Below, piece by piece: positions 1 through 12,040 of a stretch of DNA of 64,000 bases (position 1 is the stretch's first letter; every line of letters begins with the position of its first letter). Origin of the DNA: Nemertoderma westbladi. Lineage: Eukaryota > Animalia > Xenacoelomorpha. Below the pieces are notes generated by a model that did not search any database, was not told the DNA's origin, and saw only the letters and a list, made by a program, of their open reading frames with translations. The translations under genes were made by a program, and so were the position numbers. Location of the stretch: positions 26,448-90,447 of the forward strand of contig JAUCBJ010006631.1 of the NCBI GenBank assembly GCA_032718475.1, in the 5' to 3' direction.

Positions 1-44
1 TAGGAGGCGTTATTGCCAACCGTAAACTACATTCCGACACTTAC

Positions 45-3000
45 AGGACTGATAGAAGACAATGTCGGACCGTAAACATCGACTCGACACAAATTCAGTT
101 CCGGATTATCCTGAACGATAATCACATTGAGCCCGAACTTGGGTTTCCCACAACGAACCACCTCGTAACTCCTGGCAACCGATTCTAGAACGCGAATCTC
201 CCCGCACTTATTGCATTCCTCCACGGAGTCAACGTAAACTCGGATCCCGACCAGGGAATTCTTACATTTGGCCCCGCAGTTCTCCACCGTCGGGTAGATA
301 TAAACCTCGCGTACCAACGCGGTGGCCTCCAGGGTCAGCTGCACCATCTTGGGGTTGACGCCCCGGTACAGATTGCAGCTGGAGTCTGTGTACGCCACGG
401 TGCGGGCGGACATAACCGACTCGTTAACCACGTCGCTCGGTTGCCAGGCGGTCCCATCGTACTGCTTAGCAACGCCCGTCGCTATCAGGTTTTTGTACTG
501 CGGTATCCGCGGTGTGTAGACGAATAGTTCTCTGAAGGACAGCGGAAAGAATTCTAGAATATCCATTCGTAAAGAAACAATCCGACCTGAAATACAGTTT
601 AATCGTCTTTGAATGGGATAATCTTTTAGGCTCGTTAAGCCAAGGAATGCCTGCTCACCACCATGGGTGATCTTCCACAGATCACCCATGGTGGTGAACA
701 GGCATGAAAAAAAACTGTGTTTCTTGCAACTCTGTTGTTCCCATTTATAGACCGCACTGAAGGATGAAAGCCAGGATTGGGTTAGGCTGCAGCATTTAAA
801 GCACTGTGCCCAAACAGTACTGCCCCACCTAGGGATCGAACCCGGGCTCCCTAATCGGAAGCACAGTAATGTCACCACTAGACCAAGCTGCTGCTTGATC
901 GTCTTAACCGTCTTTACCGTCAATCGAAATTGTTGCTTCACGCAGAATTTATGAGATTTTTATAAATTGTACAGAGCAGCTTACGAAAATAATAATGAAT
1001 AATATATGTAATATGGATTTATATACAGACTGACACTGACAGCTTCGTTGAAAAATAGTGAACTGGTGGCCAAATAACTGCAATAATTACCGGTACTTTA
1101 CTTTACTATAACCGTATATAATGGGAAAAGGAAATGGAAGTAAATGTTTTTGTAGCCAATATTATTTATTTTGGACGAACCTCGCAGAGCCGGGGCGCAA
1201 ATAATTCCGGTAAGGACGTCGTCTTGTACCCCCTTCAGAGGATCGCCGCAATTCCGTTCCATCCCGTCGGCCTCGGTTACTATGGCGACGACTCCCTCTA
1301 GATGAGCGCCGACTACTGATTGGATAGCGACGGCTATTATGACGTAATCCTGGAGCAAATCCACCTAATATTGTAATAGTGGGACTATATAGAGAGAAAT
1401 AGTAAAATAAAAAAGTTAGAGATAGAAATAAAATAGTTGGTAGACGACAGGAGTGAGTCATAGTTCAATATGAGTCATAGAAATCAGAATAATGTTTACT
1501 ATGAAAAAAGTATAAAAATTGTATGTTGTAACTACAATATACTGAAATAGTTTCAAACAAAGACAACGTTACTAAGACATTCGCGAGTGACGTCATCCCA
1601 TGTTTACCCACCTTAAACACATGAGGCGGATACTCTGACGTCATCACCATAGACCAGCTGTCTACCAGTACGCCGTCGACTCCGTACTCGGGTCTGTAAC
1701 CCTCGTGAATCGTCGAGACCTCCGCGGGTTTCCGTAACGCGACGTTCATTAACGGCAACGGGAACTCCCCGGGGGTCAGCCGCCCCCCCTGGGCCGCCGT
1801 TAGCGAACTCGCCAACGCGTAGCGCCACACCCGGTACGAGCAGACACCCACGCTGGTGTCCGAGGTCACTCGGGTCTCCTCCAGGACTACCGCGTTGCCC
1901 CATTGGTTGCCGCAGTCCGCGGAGTACAGGGACCGGAACTCGTCTCCGTTCGCACCTGTTAATAGTAAATGACGTCATAGTATACCGTAAAATTTGTTGG
2001 TTTCAATGACGTCATGCAGGTCATAGCCGTAATTGGGAATATTCCGGAAAAACTTTATAGAAGCCAAAATTACATAGAAGATAAATTACCTAAGACGAAT
2101 AACATAACTATTGAGTGTATTTATTGGCTATCTTTATTTATTGTAAAAGTAAATTATTTAGTGTAAAAAAAAATCAAGAAAAATTCTGTCTGACAGTTTG
2201 TTGTTTATTCACAAAACAAATTAATTGTATTTTGTAATCCAAGCACTTTGTCCTAACAGTGCTGCTCCATCTAGGGATCGAACCTGGGCCTCATGATTGG
2301 GTGGGAATCCATTAATATGTACCCTAGACCATAATAAGTTATAGTAGAAGATTAATGAAACACTAGGTAACTCACCATCAATGTAACCTCCCTCATCCAA
2401 TACGAACATTAACGTCCCACACTCAACCCGCTCCTGTTGCCTCAGTAACTCCTTGGTCATAGAATCTCGAATGTTATCGGGAACGGTAACCAAACTAACT
2501 TTCATTCTGTTGGTGTTGGAGACGGTCTTGGCCTTCTTTACGCTGGTGTCCAGCAGTGCGGCGGCCCATTCCTCGTCGGTTAGACCCGGACCACGTTTCT
2601 TTATCTCTTTAACGTCGAGGGTAACCGTGGAAACGGAAACAGTCTCTCCGAGGGAGATGTAAATAATAGCCTCGTCTAAGTCGGTAAAGTCACTGTCAGC
2701 CGGTTCGCATTCTATAAACGCAACGATTTAGTTTAAACTAACCAATGTGGTAACTTAAAGGTGATTATTTCAATCGCTAATAATAAAAAATAATTCTACA
2801 CCAGGAATTTTTTATATTGGATAAAACTTTTCGTCAACAATTTATGGATTATTGGTTTTATATATTTCCTTTATCGTTTGACTGGACCACTCAACCTCAA
2901 GGATGACCCGAACATAATATCATGACAACTACAATTACAAATTATACTAAATACAATGGGGCTGTAACCTACTTACCACTTCCATAAGAATGGGTTTTAA

Positions 3001-4465
3001 GCACTTCACGAGTTCGGCCATGGGTGTAGAAAACTTTGTCAGAAATAATCTTGTACATTTTCCGTGTTTCGCTGCCACATTGGACCTGAAAAGAGTCGAA
3101 AACCTTTTAAATAATCGACGTCCTTCAATATTAACTAATAGAAACCAACGGAATACAGAGTAACATTTTCGGTCTTAGTATTTATAGGAAATATTGTAAT
3201 ACAACATAAAACAGATAATAAATATTAGTTAAGCTATAATAATGAGTTTCTATTAGTAAAACAATGTGAAACTTTATATTACAACCGCTATTATCTCAAT
3301 TTTATATAATTTTTTATGCTTGTATGACCTAAAACTGAAAGAACTATGTTTCTGTTTATTCCAGAATGTTACACGTTCTAACCCTACCTTCATGTGGTTA
3401 TTATGACTCAGAATGTTACACGTTCTAACCCACCTTCATGTGGTTATTATGACTCAGAATGTTACACGTTCTAACCTACCTTCATGTGGTTATTATGACT
3501 CAGAATGTTACACGTTCTAACCCACCTTCATGTGGTTATTATGACTCAGAATGTTACACGTTCTAACCCACCTTCATGTGGTTATTATGACTCAGAATGT
3601 TACACGTTCTAACCCACCTTCATGTGGTTATTATGACTCAGAATGTTACACGTTCTAACCCACCTTCATGTGGTTATTATGACTCAGAATGTTACACGTT
3701 CTAACCCACCTTCATGTGGTTATTATGACTCAGAATGTTACACGTTCTAACCCACCTTCATGTGGTTATTATGACTCAGAATGTTACACGTTCTAACCTA
3801 CCTTCATGTGGTTATTATGACTCAGAATGTTACACGTTCTAACCCACCTTCATGTGGTTATTATGACTCAGAATGTTACACGTTCTAACCTACCTTCATG
3901 TGGTTATTATGACTCAGAATGTTACACGTTCTAACCCACCTTCATGTGGTTATTATGACTCAGAATGTTACACGTTCTAACCCACCTTTATGTGGTTATT
4001 ATGACTCAGAATGTTACACGTTCTAACCCACCTTCATGTGGTTATTATGACTCAGAATGTTACACGTTCTAACCTACCTTCATGTGGTTATTATGACTCA
4101 GAATGTTACACGTTCTAACCTACCTTCATGTGGTTATTATGACTCAGAATGTTACACGTTCTAACCCACCTTCATGTGGTTATTATGACTCAGAATGTTA
4201 CACGTTCTAACCTACCTTCATGTGGTTATTATGACTCAGAATGTTACACGTTCTAACCTACCTTCATGTGGTTATTATGACTCAGAATGTTACACGTTCT
4301 AACCCACCTTCATGTGGTTATTATGACTCAGAATGTTACACGTTCTAACCTACCTTCATGTGGTTATTATGACTCAGAATGTTACAACCTCCAGCTAATG
4401 CGGTTTGTTGTGGTGAAGAAACTTCACTTAGCTGATTAATCCTCAAACATCTATATTTCTTCAGC
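45..4465 (-). CDS. Multi-exon host gene with two C-terminal fucolectin/FTP (F5/8 type C-like) domains; exons 4354-4465, 2977-3085, 2376-2711, 1612-1955, 1181-1364, 45-586; 5' end not found and 3' end probably continues left of the window
   Basis: Every exon is bounded by AG/GT on the minus strand. The intron phases (0,1,1,0,1) join into one open frame: ...HNNHMK|VQCGSETRK...YGS|ECEPADS...YID|GANGDEF...NVALRKPAEVSTIHEGYRPEYGVDG...HVFK|VDLLQDYVIIAVAI...NCG...ICAPALR|GRIVSL...NLIATGVAKQ...LCRVDVYG. NVAL.KPA..S, C....GR.V and LC.V.VYG are FTP-domain signatures. A GTAAGT donor lies at 44-39. Confidence 0.8.
640..895 (-). mobile_element. tRNA-derived SINE in intron
   Basis: Minus strand has an A box (TGGTCTAGTGG) and a B box (GGTTCGATCC), followed by a non-tRNA body and a 19-bp-stem hairpin. 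A related head lies at 2240-2332. Confidence 0.65.
2240..2332 (-). mobile_element. Truncated copy of the same tRNA-derived SINE
   Basis: Shares agcact.tg.cc.aacagt.ctgc.cca.ctagggatcgaacc.ggg and ctagacca with 800-885. Confidence 0.6.
3362..4386. repeat. 46-bp minisatellite, ~22 copies
   Basis: Unit cagaatgttacacgttctaacc(c/t)accttcatgtggttattatgact repeated in tandem with mainly one C/T variant position. Confidence 0.98.
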
Positions 4466-4559
4466 CTAAAAAAGGTAATAATTATCTTGTCAATGTTGCC
4501 CGATTGTTTTAAATCACATATGTTTAATATCAGCCAAAACCACTAAAACCCATATAGCC

Positions 4560-4745
4560 GTTTAAAGTTTTATTCGGTTATTTTGATGTTTGACGACTTA
4601 TTTCCAATGCGGTCCCCCTAGAACTATACTCCCCAGAGGGAATTGGTACTCATTTAGCTCACGTTGCGGGAATCGAACCCACTATCACTGAATCCAAAGA
4701 TTCGAAATTCAAGGAGAAAGGATTTAACCACTGCCTCCAGGTTTC
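4560..4745 (-). mobile_element. Degenerate tRNA-derived SINE with L2/CR1-like tail
   Basis: B box GGTTCGATTCC (minus, ~4670-4680), then ctaaatgagtacc, then ggaccgcattggaaataag, which resembles the LINE 3' end at ~44580-44597 (ggacccccttggaaataag). Confidence 0.45.
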
Positions 4746-4802
4746 CTCTAACCAGTAGTAGTAGTCCTTAAACTGTAGCATTGATCCCTTGCATTGTATT
4801 AA

Positions 4803-5260
4803 TTGTGGGGCGAGCCACGTAAGTCCAGGATGAGCCTTGGCATAGGTGTATAATTAGTGGACCCGTCCGTCGTTATCGTCGTTGTTGAACGGTAATAAGT
4901 CGGTCAATCTTAGATGAAATGGAACCAAACTTGGTACACATATAGCCTATCAAAAGTTTAGAAATTCGTGGAACAGAGAAACAGAATTGTGTAGTTCATC
5001 TGTCTGCCGCTAGGAGGCGAATTGACACAAACGTAAAAGTAGCTGTAATTATAGAGTATCCATACCATCAGACTCATCTGAGATTTGGTAGGAGTAACCT
5101 ACGGGCATTGCTGAATATAGAAATTCTGCCCACAGACAGACTTTTACAGTTCCTCTGTCTGCCGCTAGGATATGAACGACTAGGTCCACCTAATTGTACC
5201 TCTACACAAAGTCTCATCTGGACTTACGTGCTGCGCGAAGTCCCCACGTACGTTTTTTTA
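4803..5260 (+). mobile_element. Short HINE/Helentron-like non-autonomous element
   Basis: Starts ttgtggggcgagccacg, has a GTCC/GTC microsatellite and ~150-bp core repeats (tctgccgctagga), and ends acgtgctgcgcgaagtccccac + T-run. The termini match those of 45073-46408. Confidence 0.6.
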
Positions 5261-5310
5261 CTGTATTATACAAAGTTCAGGCGTTTCAGTCAGTCCAGTC
5301 AAGTAGCATA

Positions 5311-6186
5311 AAGGATGTCCTATGGGGAGTCCTTCAGTCAGGGTCACACACTTGCACCATTCTTGTAAATAATTGTGGTTGATTCTGATTATGTTCTACG
5401 AATGACCTTAGACCATCGTCATGGAGATGCGGTAACGCCCCTTACTGGCCCAAGAAGTCGTGGATATCCAGCCAAATAAATACCTCACTGATCTAGACGT
5501 GGCTGATTTATTGAAAGTTTTAATTACCATAAATTTAAAATAACAACGGATAAATACTAGTTATAGGATTAAAAAAAGAGTTTAAATGAGAGTTTATGGG
5601 AGTTTAAAAATTAAGGCAATGGTATAGCTTCTTGAGGCAAAGCATCGCTTTATAGAAGGTCCCTCCCTATAAGTGAAGTAAACACCTATAATTAGATTAA
5701 AAAAATTCATGTTAAAATTATAATCTATAAGTATTTGTCAGGTTAAAAATTGTCGGCATTCATTTTCAGTTCGGCCTTCAAAGAGGAAGTTTTTCAGATT
5801 GTGTTTCATATGACTGAATTAACAACGTTGCCGGGCAGGCTGTTCCATTTGACTTAGGAGTACTCTCAGAATCACTAGAAGAGGGGGCCGTACGGCTCAT
5901 CTACTCAATAGAACAGGCTGCTTCTAGTGTTGGTCTTTTTGTTATCTCCAAGAAGACCAACATTTTGACAGTTAACTATGAAAGTCCCCTGCAACCCTCT
6001 GACCGGATGAGCATAAGCGCATAAGCATCTTGAGGACGTGGATGACTTCAGACACTTGGGATCACGGTTCCGGAAATCAGGTGAGGACCTTCGGATACGT
6101 AGAGGGGAAGGCATGGGCAGCCTTGAATAGGCTTTCCAGGATTTGGAAAACAGAATCTCAAGGTTAGATTATTTAGAGCAGCAGCA
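5311..6186 (+). pseudogene. Degraded RTE LINE RT fragment (same family as 25770-27554), split by an insertion
   Basis: Nucleotide similarity to 26570-27095 (cacacttgcaccattcttg; gacttaggagtactctcagaatca; ggcatgggcagccttgaataggctttccaggatttggaa). Confidence 0.85.
5508..5850 (-). mobile_element. CR1/L2-type LINE 3' fragment inserted into the older RTE copy
   Basis: Minus strand encodes KWNSLPGNVV (conserved C-terminal WNxLP motif) followed by an AT-rich 3' UTR. It interrupts the RTE at the gctgat/gactta (ADD) site. Confidence 0.55.
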
Positions 6187-7119
6187 GATTTTCGTCGGGT
6201 CTACGTTTTTAAATCCCTAAACGATTCTTTTTGGGTTCGACCAGGGGTCCACCCACACACTAACAGTTTAATTATAACAGTTCGCTGATGGCTCGCAGTT
6301 TTAACTCGTCCCTCAGGGAAATATAATTTATATAAAATTTCAATAAGGTAGATATATGGTGTCTACTCCCTATGGCAGAGCACTACATCATAGCATTAGG
6401 GAAAAGGATTTTATTCAAATTTCAATTTGATAGAAGAATAACTTCTACACCATGTATGGCTCCATATAATACCCATAACGCAAAATATAAATCTATAGCA
6501 GTATTCATAAAAAGGTACCTTGGTCTACATAAAGTGCTCTAAGTCGGCTAGTGTTGACATTATGTGGTGAATAAAACCAAATTTGTGAGAAAAAGCGGGA
6601 TTTAAATCCAATGTATTCAGAAACCTTCAACCGGAATTCTGGAATATCACTGTGTTCCAGAACAACAATTGGAAAGGCCCCGACAATAGAAATCGCCATA
6701 TACTGTAACAATAACAACTCGCTTCAGTATCTACGGTGTTCACCATTTAATTTGTTCCTCCCTCGTATTCCACCCCCTACTGAGTCCTGCGTTCGCACAT
6801 TACGCGGTCTGCATGAGAATGTTTACCACTTACTGGTCTGCCCCCAAATCAGTGACAACCTAATGAAGTTGGACTTATCGGGGCCCTCCAGCGGCCTCGA
6901 GTGTGAACTGCTCGCATCACTCAGCCCAACTCGCCCCCCCCCCCCCCACCCCCTTCGTTTCATTTTTTACTCTAATTTTACTTGGTCGGTTGCGGTGCTT
7001 TTATTTATCTATTATTGTTTGAATTTATTTTACTTAGTATTTATTTGCCTTCACTTGACGTAACATTAAATATATAATTTAACAAAATAAAACTTTAAAC
7101 CATTATATCGCTCATTAAT

Positions 7120-8362
7120 AATATGTCTACAATAACATATATATGTCTATAATATATAAATATATGTCTATAATATATAAATATATGTCTACAATAACAT
7201 ATATATGTCTATAATATATAAATATATGTCTATAATATATAAATATATGTCTACAATAACATATATATGTCTATAATATATAAATATATGTCTATAATAT
7301 ATAAATATATGTCTACAATAACATATATATGTCTATAATATATAAATATATGTCTATAATATATAAATATATGTCTATAATATATAACTATATGTCTATA
7401 ATATATAAATATATGTCTACAAAAACATATATATGTTTATAATATATAAATATATGTCTATAATAACTATATGTCTATAATATATAAATATATGTCTATA
7501 ATATATAAATATATGTCTATAATATATAAATATATGTCTATAATATATAAATATATGTCTATAATATATAAATATATGTCTATAATATATAAATATATGT
7601 CTATAATATATAAATATATGTCTATAATATATAAATATATGTCTATAATATATAAATATATGTCTATAATATATAAATATATGTCTATAATATATAAATA
7701 TATGTCTATAATATATAAATATATGTCTATAATATATAAATATATGTCTATAATATATAAATATATGTCTATAATAACTATATGTCTATAATATATAAAT
7801 ATATGTCTATAATAACTATCTGTCTATAATATATAATTATGTCTATAATATATAAATATATGTCTATAATATATAAATATATGTCTATAATATATAAATA
7901 TATGTCTATAATATATAAATATATGTCTATAATATATAAATATATGTCTATAATATATAAATATATGTCTATAATATATAAATATTTGTCTATAATATAT
8001 AAATATATGTCTATAATATATAAATATATGTCTATAATATATAAATATATGTCTATAATATATAAATATATGTCTACAATAACATATATATGTCTATAAT
8101 ATATAAATATATGTCTATAATATATAAATATATGTCTACAAAAACATATATATGTTTATAATATATAAATATATGTCTATAATAACTATATGTCTATAAT
8201 ATATAAATATATGTCTATAATAACTATCTGTCTATAATATATAAATATATAAATATATGTATATAATAACTATATGTCTATAATATATAAATATATGTCT
8301 ATAATAACATATATATGTCTATAATATATAAATATATGTATATAATAACTATATGTCTACAA
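7120..8362. repeat. AT-rich 21-bp minisatellite (atgtctataatatataaatat)n
   Basis: Directly visible tandem array; it generates the spurious MSIIYKY ORFs. Confidence 0.97.
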
Positions 8363-8503
8363 ACATGACCCAATATACGAATAGCAATACTGCCAATATT
8401 GATAAAATTATTTAACAATATGTTTACAGAGTCAATAGAATAGTGCCTATTTAGAAATATAAAAAATTAATTTTTAAAGCTTTCTAATATAACTTTCCTT
8501 GAA

Positions 8504-9667
8504 TTAGTCTGAATATTTGAATTTACTTTGTTGTAGAATTCGAACTATAGCAGTAATTCCTTGTTGAAGCACCTTACATCTGTCATTCATATCTGAGGCC
8601 ATAAATTTATCTTCCATTCCTCTGTGTGGACAACCACTGACAAATACAGACCTAAGTCTACGGAACTCCGTAACATCCGCCTTCATTTGTTCCACACCAT
8701 AGACGTTTATGTGGTGGTCGAGTTTTCTGCTGAAGTAATCGTACAGCATGAAGTCAGCCTTGTTGATCTCTTTGAGTTTCTCGGTTTGTTTTGTAGTTAA
8801 ACTTTTAGTTCTTTTATTAATTCTGGGATTTATAGGAATATACACTATATCATCCATCGCCCAACCCATTAACTTCTTTAACAGGATCATTGATTCGTCG
8901 AACCTTTCCATAACCATTACTAACTCGAATTCCTTATCGATGTAGTTAATCGCTTCTTGAATTTCAGAGATATTGGCAGTTCTACTGAACCGAAAACCGA
9001 AATTTAACATCATTGGGTCCCTTAGAGGAAATTCTTTTTTTCCTTTAAAATGGAATTCGTCTGGATTCGCGATAAAATATTCCAAATGTTTATGATTACT
9101 ACAAGGAGGAAGCAATGAACACATGTACTCCATTAAAGACTCGAATTGACGGGAAGGTTCTCTAACGATAGAAACCTTTTTGTAACCCGGTTTCATTAAG
9201 AAGTCCACCGTTGTTTTATTGTATACTGTGTGAAGGTAAATTACATCTATGGTGTTCCTAATTGTACTTTTGTCTTTATCCTTGTAGTTTAACAATAATT
9301 CTGGAACAAAAGGAGTTACCCATTCCACAAAATGAAGAAGCCCTGGTTTTGGCACACCAATCCTCAGATGGTTCCGAATAGCGAACCAAGTCAGTACGGT
9401 ACTCAAGGTTTCACTGCCACATTTATGTTGCTTCAAGAAATATATCCCTGTGGAGTGCTGGGGAAGAGTAGATTCATGAATTATTGTGGTGGCATTGTGT
9501 AAAGTGAGTTTTGTAGAATTAGATAATATTGCTGAATGGTATGAATTATTGTGTTGTACTATTAGATTGTTCGTATAGATATTCTTAGTCAATAGAAATA
9601 ATGAGATATAACATATCGTTGTTAAGATAACCACCTGAGTGCATAGCAATCTGATCTTAGTTGCCAT
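8504..9667 (-). CDS. Galactose-3-O-sulfotransferase family protein (GAL3ST-like), type II membrane, single coding exon
   Basis: 387 aa with an N-terminal TM segment, 5'-PAPS motif FLKQHKCGSETL, 3'-PAPS motif SIVREPSRQFES, and family motifs IDKEFELVMVMERFDESMILLK and NKADFMLYDYF. Confidence 0.9.
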   Translation of the reverse strand: MATKIRLLCTQVVILTTICYISLFLLTKNIYTNNLIVQHNNSYHSAILSNSTKLTLHNATTIIHESTLPQHSTGIYFLKQHKCGSETLSTVLTWFAIRNHLRIGVPKPGLLHFVEWVTPFVPELLLNYKDKDKSTIRNTIDVIYLHTVYNKTTVDFLMKPGYKKVSIVREPSRQFESLMEYMCSLLPPCSNHKHLEYFIANPDEFHFKGKKEFPLRDPMMLNFGFRFSRTANISEIQEAINYIDKEFELVMVMERFDESMILLKKLMGWAMDDIVYIPINPRINKRTKSLTTKQTEKLKEINKADFMLYDYFSRKLDHHINVYGVEQMKADVTEFRRLRSVFVSGCPHRGMEDKFMASDMNDRCKVLQQGITAIVRILQQSKFKYSD

Positions 9668-9884
9668 CAGGAATAATATTAGGAATGTAAGATATTATAC
9701 AAAAGAGTTAAGGTGCTAGTCAAGAGAAAAACAAAGGCCAGCTAAGTGTTTATACAATACAAGATCTATACAGTCTAAACCCGAAATTTATTTATTTATA
9801 TGGAATTAATTTCGCACTATCAAATCGCCATGGTGACATATTTCCCAACTTTATATCGCAGTGTGACATTATTTTTCAGTATGT

Positions 9885-12040
9885 CTGATAAACAACCGCG
9901 ACCTCTATACTAACAGCAGAACTGTTGAACAGACCAATACCCGTTAATATCCTTCTGCCAACCTAATAAGTTCTCGTCTAACCAATAAGACACAAAGACT
10001 GCTCTACTGTTAAGTAAAGGGGATCAGGAGCGTGCTATTACTAAATTGTAAGGGTTGCTAAATACAAAACCGCTACTTATCGTTAGATGGCGCTAATCTG
10101 CCGTCCACTAATATATTTTACTAAATTTACACAACTCCTGCAAAATCGCTTGTTCCTTTCTCTACCGATTGCTCGATAGAGAGCTAACTGTTCGAATCTA
10201 TGAGCCACGCAGGAATAACCAAAACAATAAACCCGAGTCGGCTCCCTAAGCTTACTTAAGACGAGTGCGAGAGGCCTTGCACTCAGAGTATTCTTACGCC
10301 TAATTTTATCACTATTAAAGCACGCTATTACCTACGTCTTTCTAATCGCGAATACTGGAGGTTCCCTAACGTAATGTGTGAATGCGAGAATATTTAAAAT
10401 ATCAAAATGGTACAGTATCTGTTTCTACGTGGATAATACCACTCCGAGTCTAAAACTGCCCGCGACTGGCTTTAGGCCAGCAAAATTACTAGCGTATCGT
10501 GCGTACCGAATAGTGCGTTCTAGCTGATTGCCCGCTAATGCAAATAACCGCTCAGCGTGAATAGTTTACAGTACACTAATTATTACCTTAGCTACTCTCC
10601 GCTATGCTGCGTACTAATTCTTAATTTTTTACTAATTAATTACAGTCACAAATATTTAACAGCGTACTAATTACTAAGAGTTCCAGAATACGTAATTCTA
10701 ATTTATCACGCAACAGGTTTCGCTAGTAATAGCCTAAATTGCCGTATTACTTTGACCTAATCAATAACTAATTATTGTAACTAAGAAATAGAAATCAATC
10801 AAAGGAAAAAGAGCGCCTATCTAAGCATTCGTAATCTTAGGCACACTTCAATAACACACCAATCAGCGTTAGAAATCACAGTTTACAATTGTGCAATTCA
10901 CTACTCGTACTCCACACTCAACGTTGTAATACGCGCAGGCCTCTCCCGGGTACATCTAGGATTCCTAACTAACCCAATTCCTGCCCCCCTAATACTAAAT
11001 AGAGACAAAACCTGGATCATCAGCCCCCTAGATACTGTACCGGCGATCGGTCTGCGTGCCGCAGTGCAAGATACCCGCCCGCAACGGTGACCCTGGCCAG
11101 CGTTGCCCGCTTTGAATCCTCCGCTCTCTCCTAGTCGCTCAACCCCCCGATGCGCCCACCGCCCACTGGCACCTTAGCCCTCCATGATGCTAATAGCTAC
11201 CGTAGCGGCGCATGCAAATCACAAAGTCTGACAGTCTCAGGAATCCCTTGGGATTATTGCGCAGAAAAGAATCACATAGAACCATCAATCAAAGGTAGAA
11301 ATCATAGTTCGATTGTAATTTGCAGTAATCGAAGGAATTATTGAGAAACACAAGCAAAGTAATCGTACTAGCAAATCATTCCAAGAAATTAATCAAAATT
11401 AGCAAATTGCAGAAAATACGATATCCTAATACAAAATTAGAGACAGCTCAGCAAGTAAATTGTAACAGGGGTGTGTCATGTGATAAGGCATGAACATATG
11501 AACAACAAAAGGCCCTACCGGCACACCGCCAATTTATAGGTGATCCCGATGGGGTGATGCAATAAGGTGACTCAATCGCTCTCCCATTGGCTCTCCAGTC
11601 CATGCTAGCATTAAACCAACCTGGAAGCAGTTAATCCAATAAGGAGACCGGATTGTAGCCCTATGCCCTCAAATTATTACCATATATGGTAATGGATCAC
11701 GTCTCTGGCTGCTGAATGGCCAGGACAGCGTCCCTATATGCTAGCCCTATCAAACTAATATCAGCAAGCACAAAATCCAGGGTCCGAGTAAACTCGCTAC
11801 CCTGGAACTATCTACATATATCCTAATACAAAATTACGTAGGTAGGGCTACATACTATACAAAATGAATGGATGCAAAATATATGGGCGTTTTAACTTCC
11901 TTACCTAAATGTCACCACACTGCGCCTTATCTAAATAATTATACTGCACAACGGACTAATATTACGTACAGTATAACGGACTAATACTGCATACTGCATA
12001 ATGGACTAATACTGTGGATACAGCGCCATATACCGTAACA
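9885..12040 (-). repeat. 3' LTR-containing direct repeat (LTR proper possibly 10047-12040)
   Basis: Near-identical to 28523-30752. The minus strand begins TGTTACGG right after the purine-rich GGAGCGG. A candidate other terminus is TGTAAGGG at 10047. Confidence 0.9.

Noticed and set aside
800-895. Functional tRNA gene
   Set aside because: A and B boxes are present but there is no convincing acceptor stem or cloverleaf, and it continues into a body shared with another copy; it is a SINE head.
587-941. N-terminal part of the 304-aa ORF 27-941
   Set aside because: Read-through into intron and SINE sequence; the real exon starts at the acceptor at 586.
3362-4386. CRISPR-like array
   Set aside because: Units are contiguous with no unique spacers, there are no cas genes, and the context is eukaryotic; it is a minisatellite.
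6519-6702. Possible upstream exon of the FTP-domain gene
   Set aside because: AG/GT-bounded and open, but it ends in phase 1 whereas exon 4354-4465 needs phase 2; no linking exon was found.
7471-8099. MSIIYKY-repeat ORFs
   Set aside because: Artefact of a stop-free frame in a 21-bp AT-rich minisatellite.
9876-9882. tcagtat on the left flank is the reverse complement of atactga on the right flank (30753-30759)
   Set aside because: Only 7 bp and inverted rather than direct; not a TSD and likely chance.
11015-11030. CTGATGA hammerhead-like core in the LTR (minus strand)
   Set aside because: No stem II followed by GAAA could be formed.
11150-11344. Identical 64-aa ORFs at 11150 and 29787
   Set aside because: Short antisense ORF duplicated only because it lies in the LTRs; no coding evidence.
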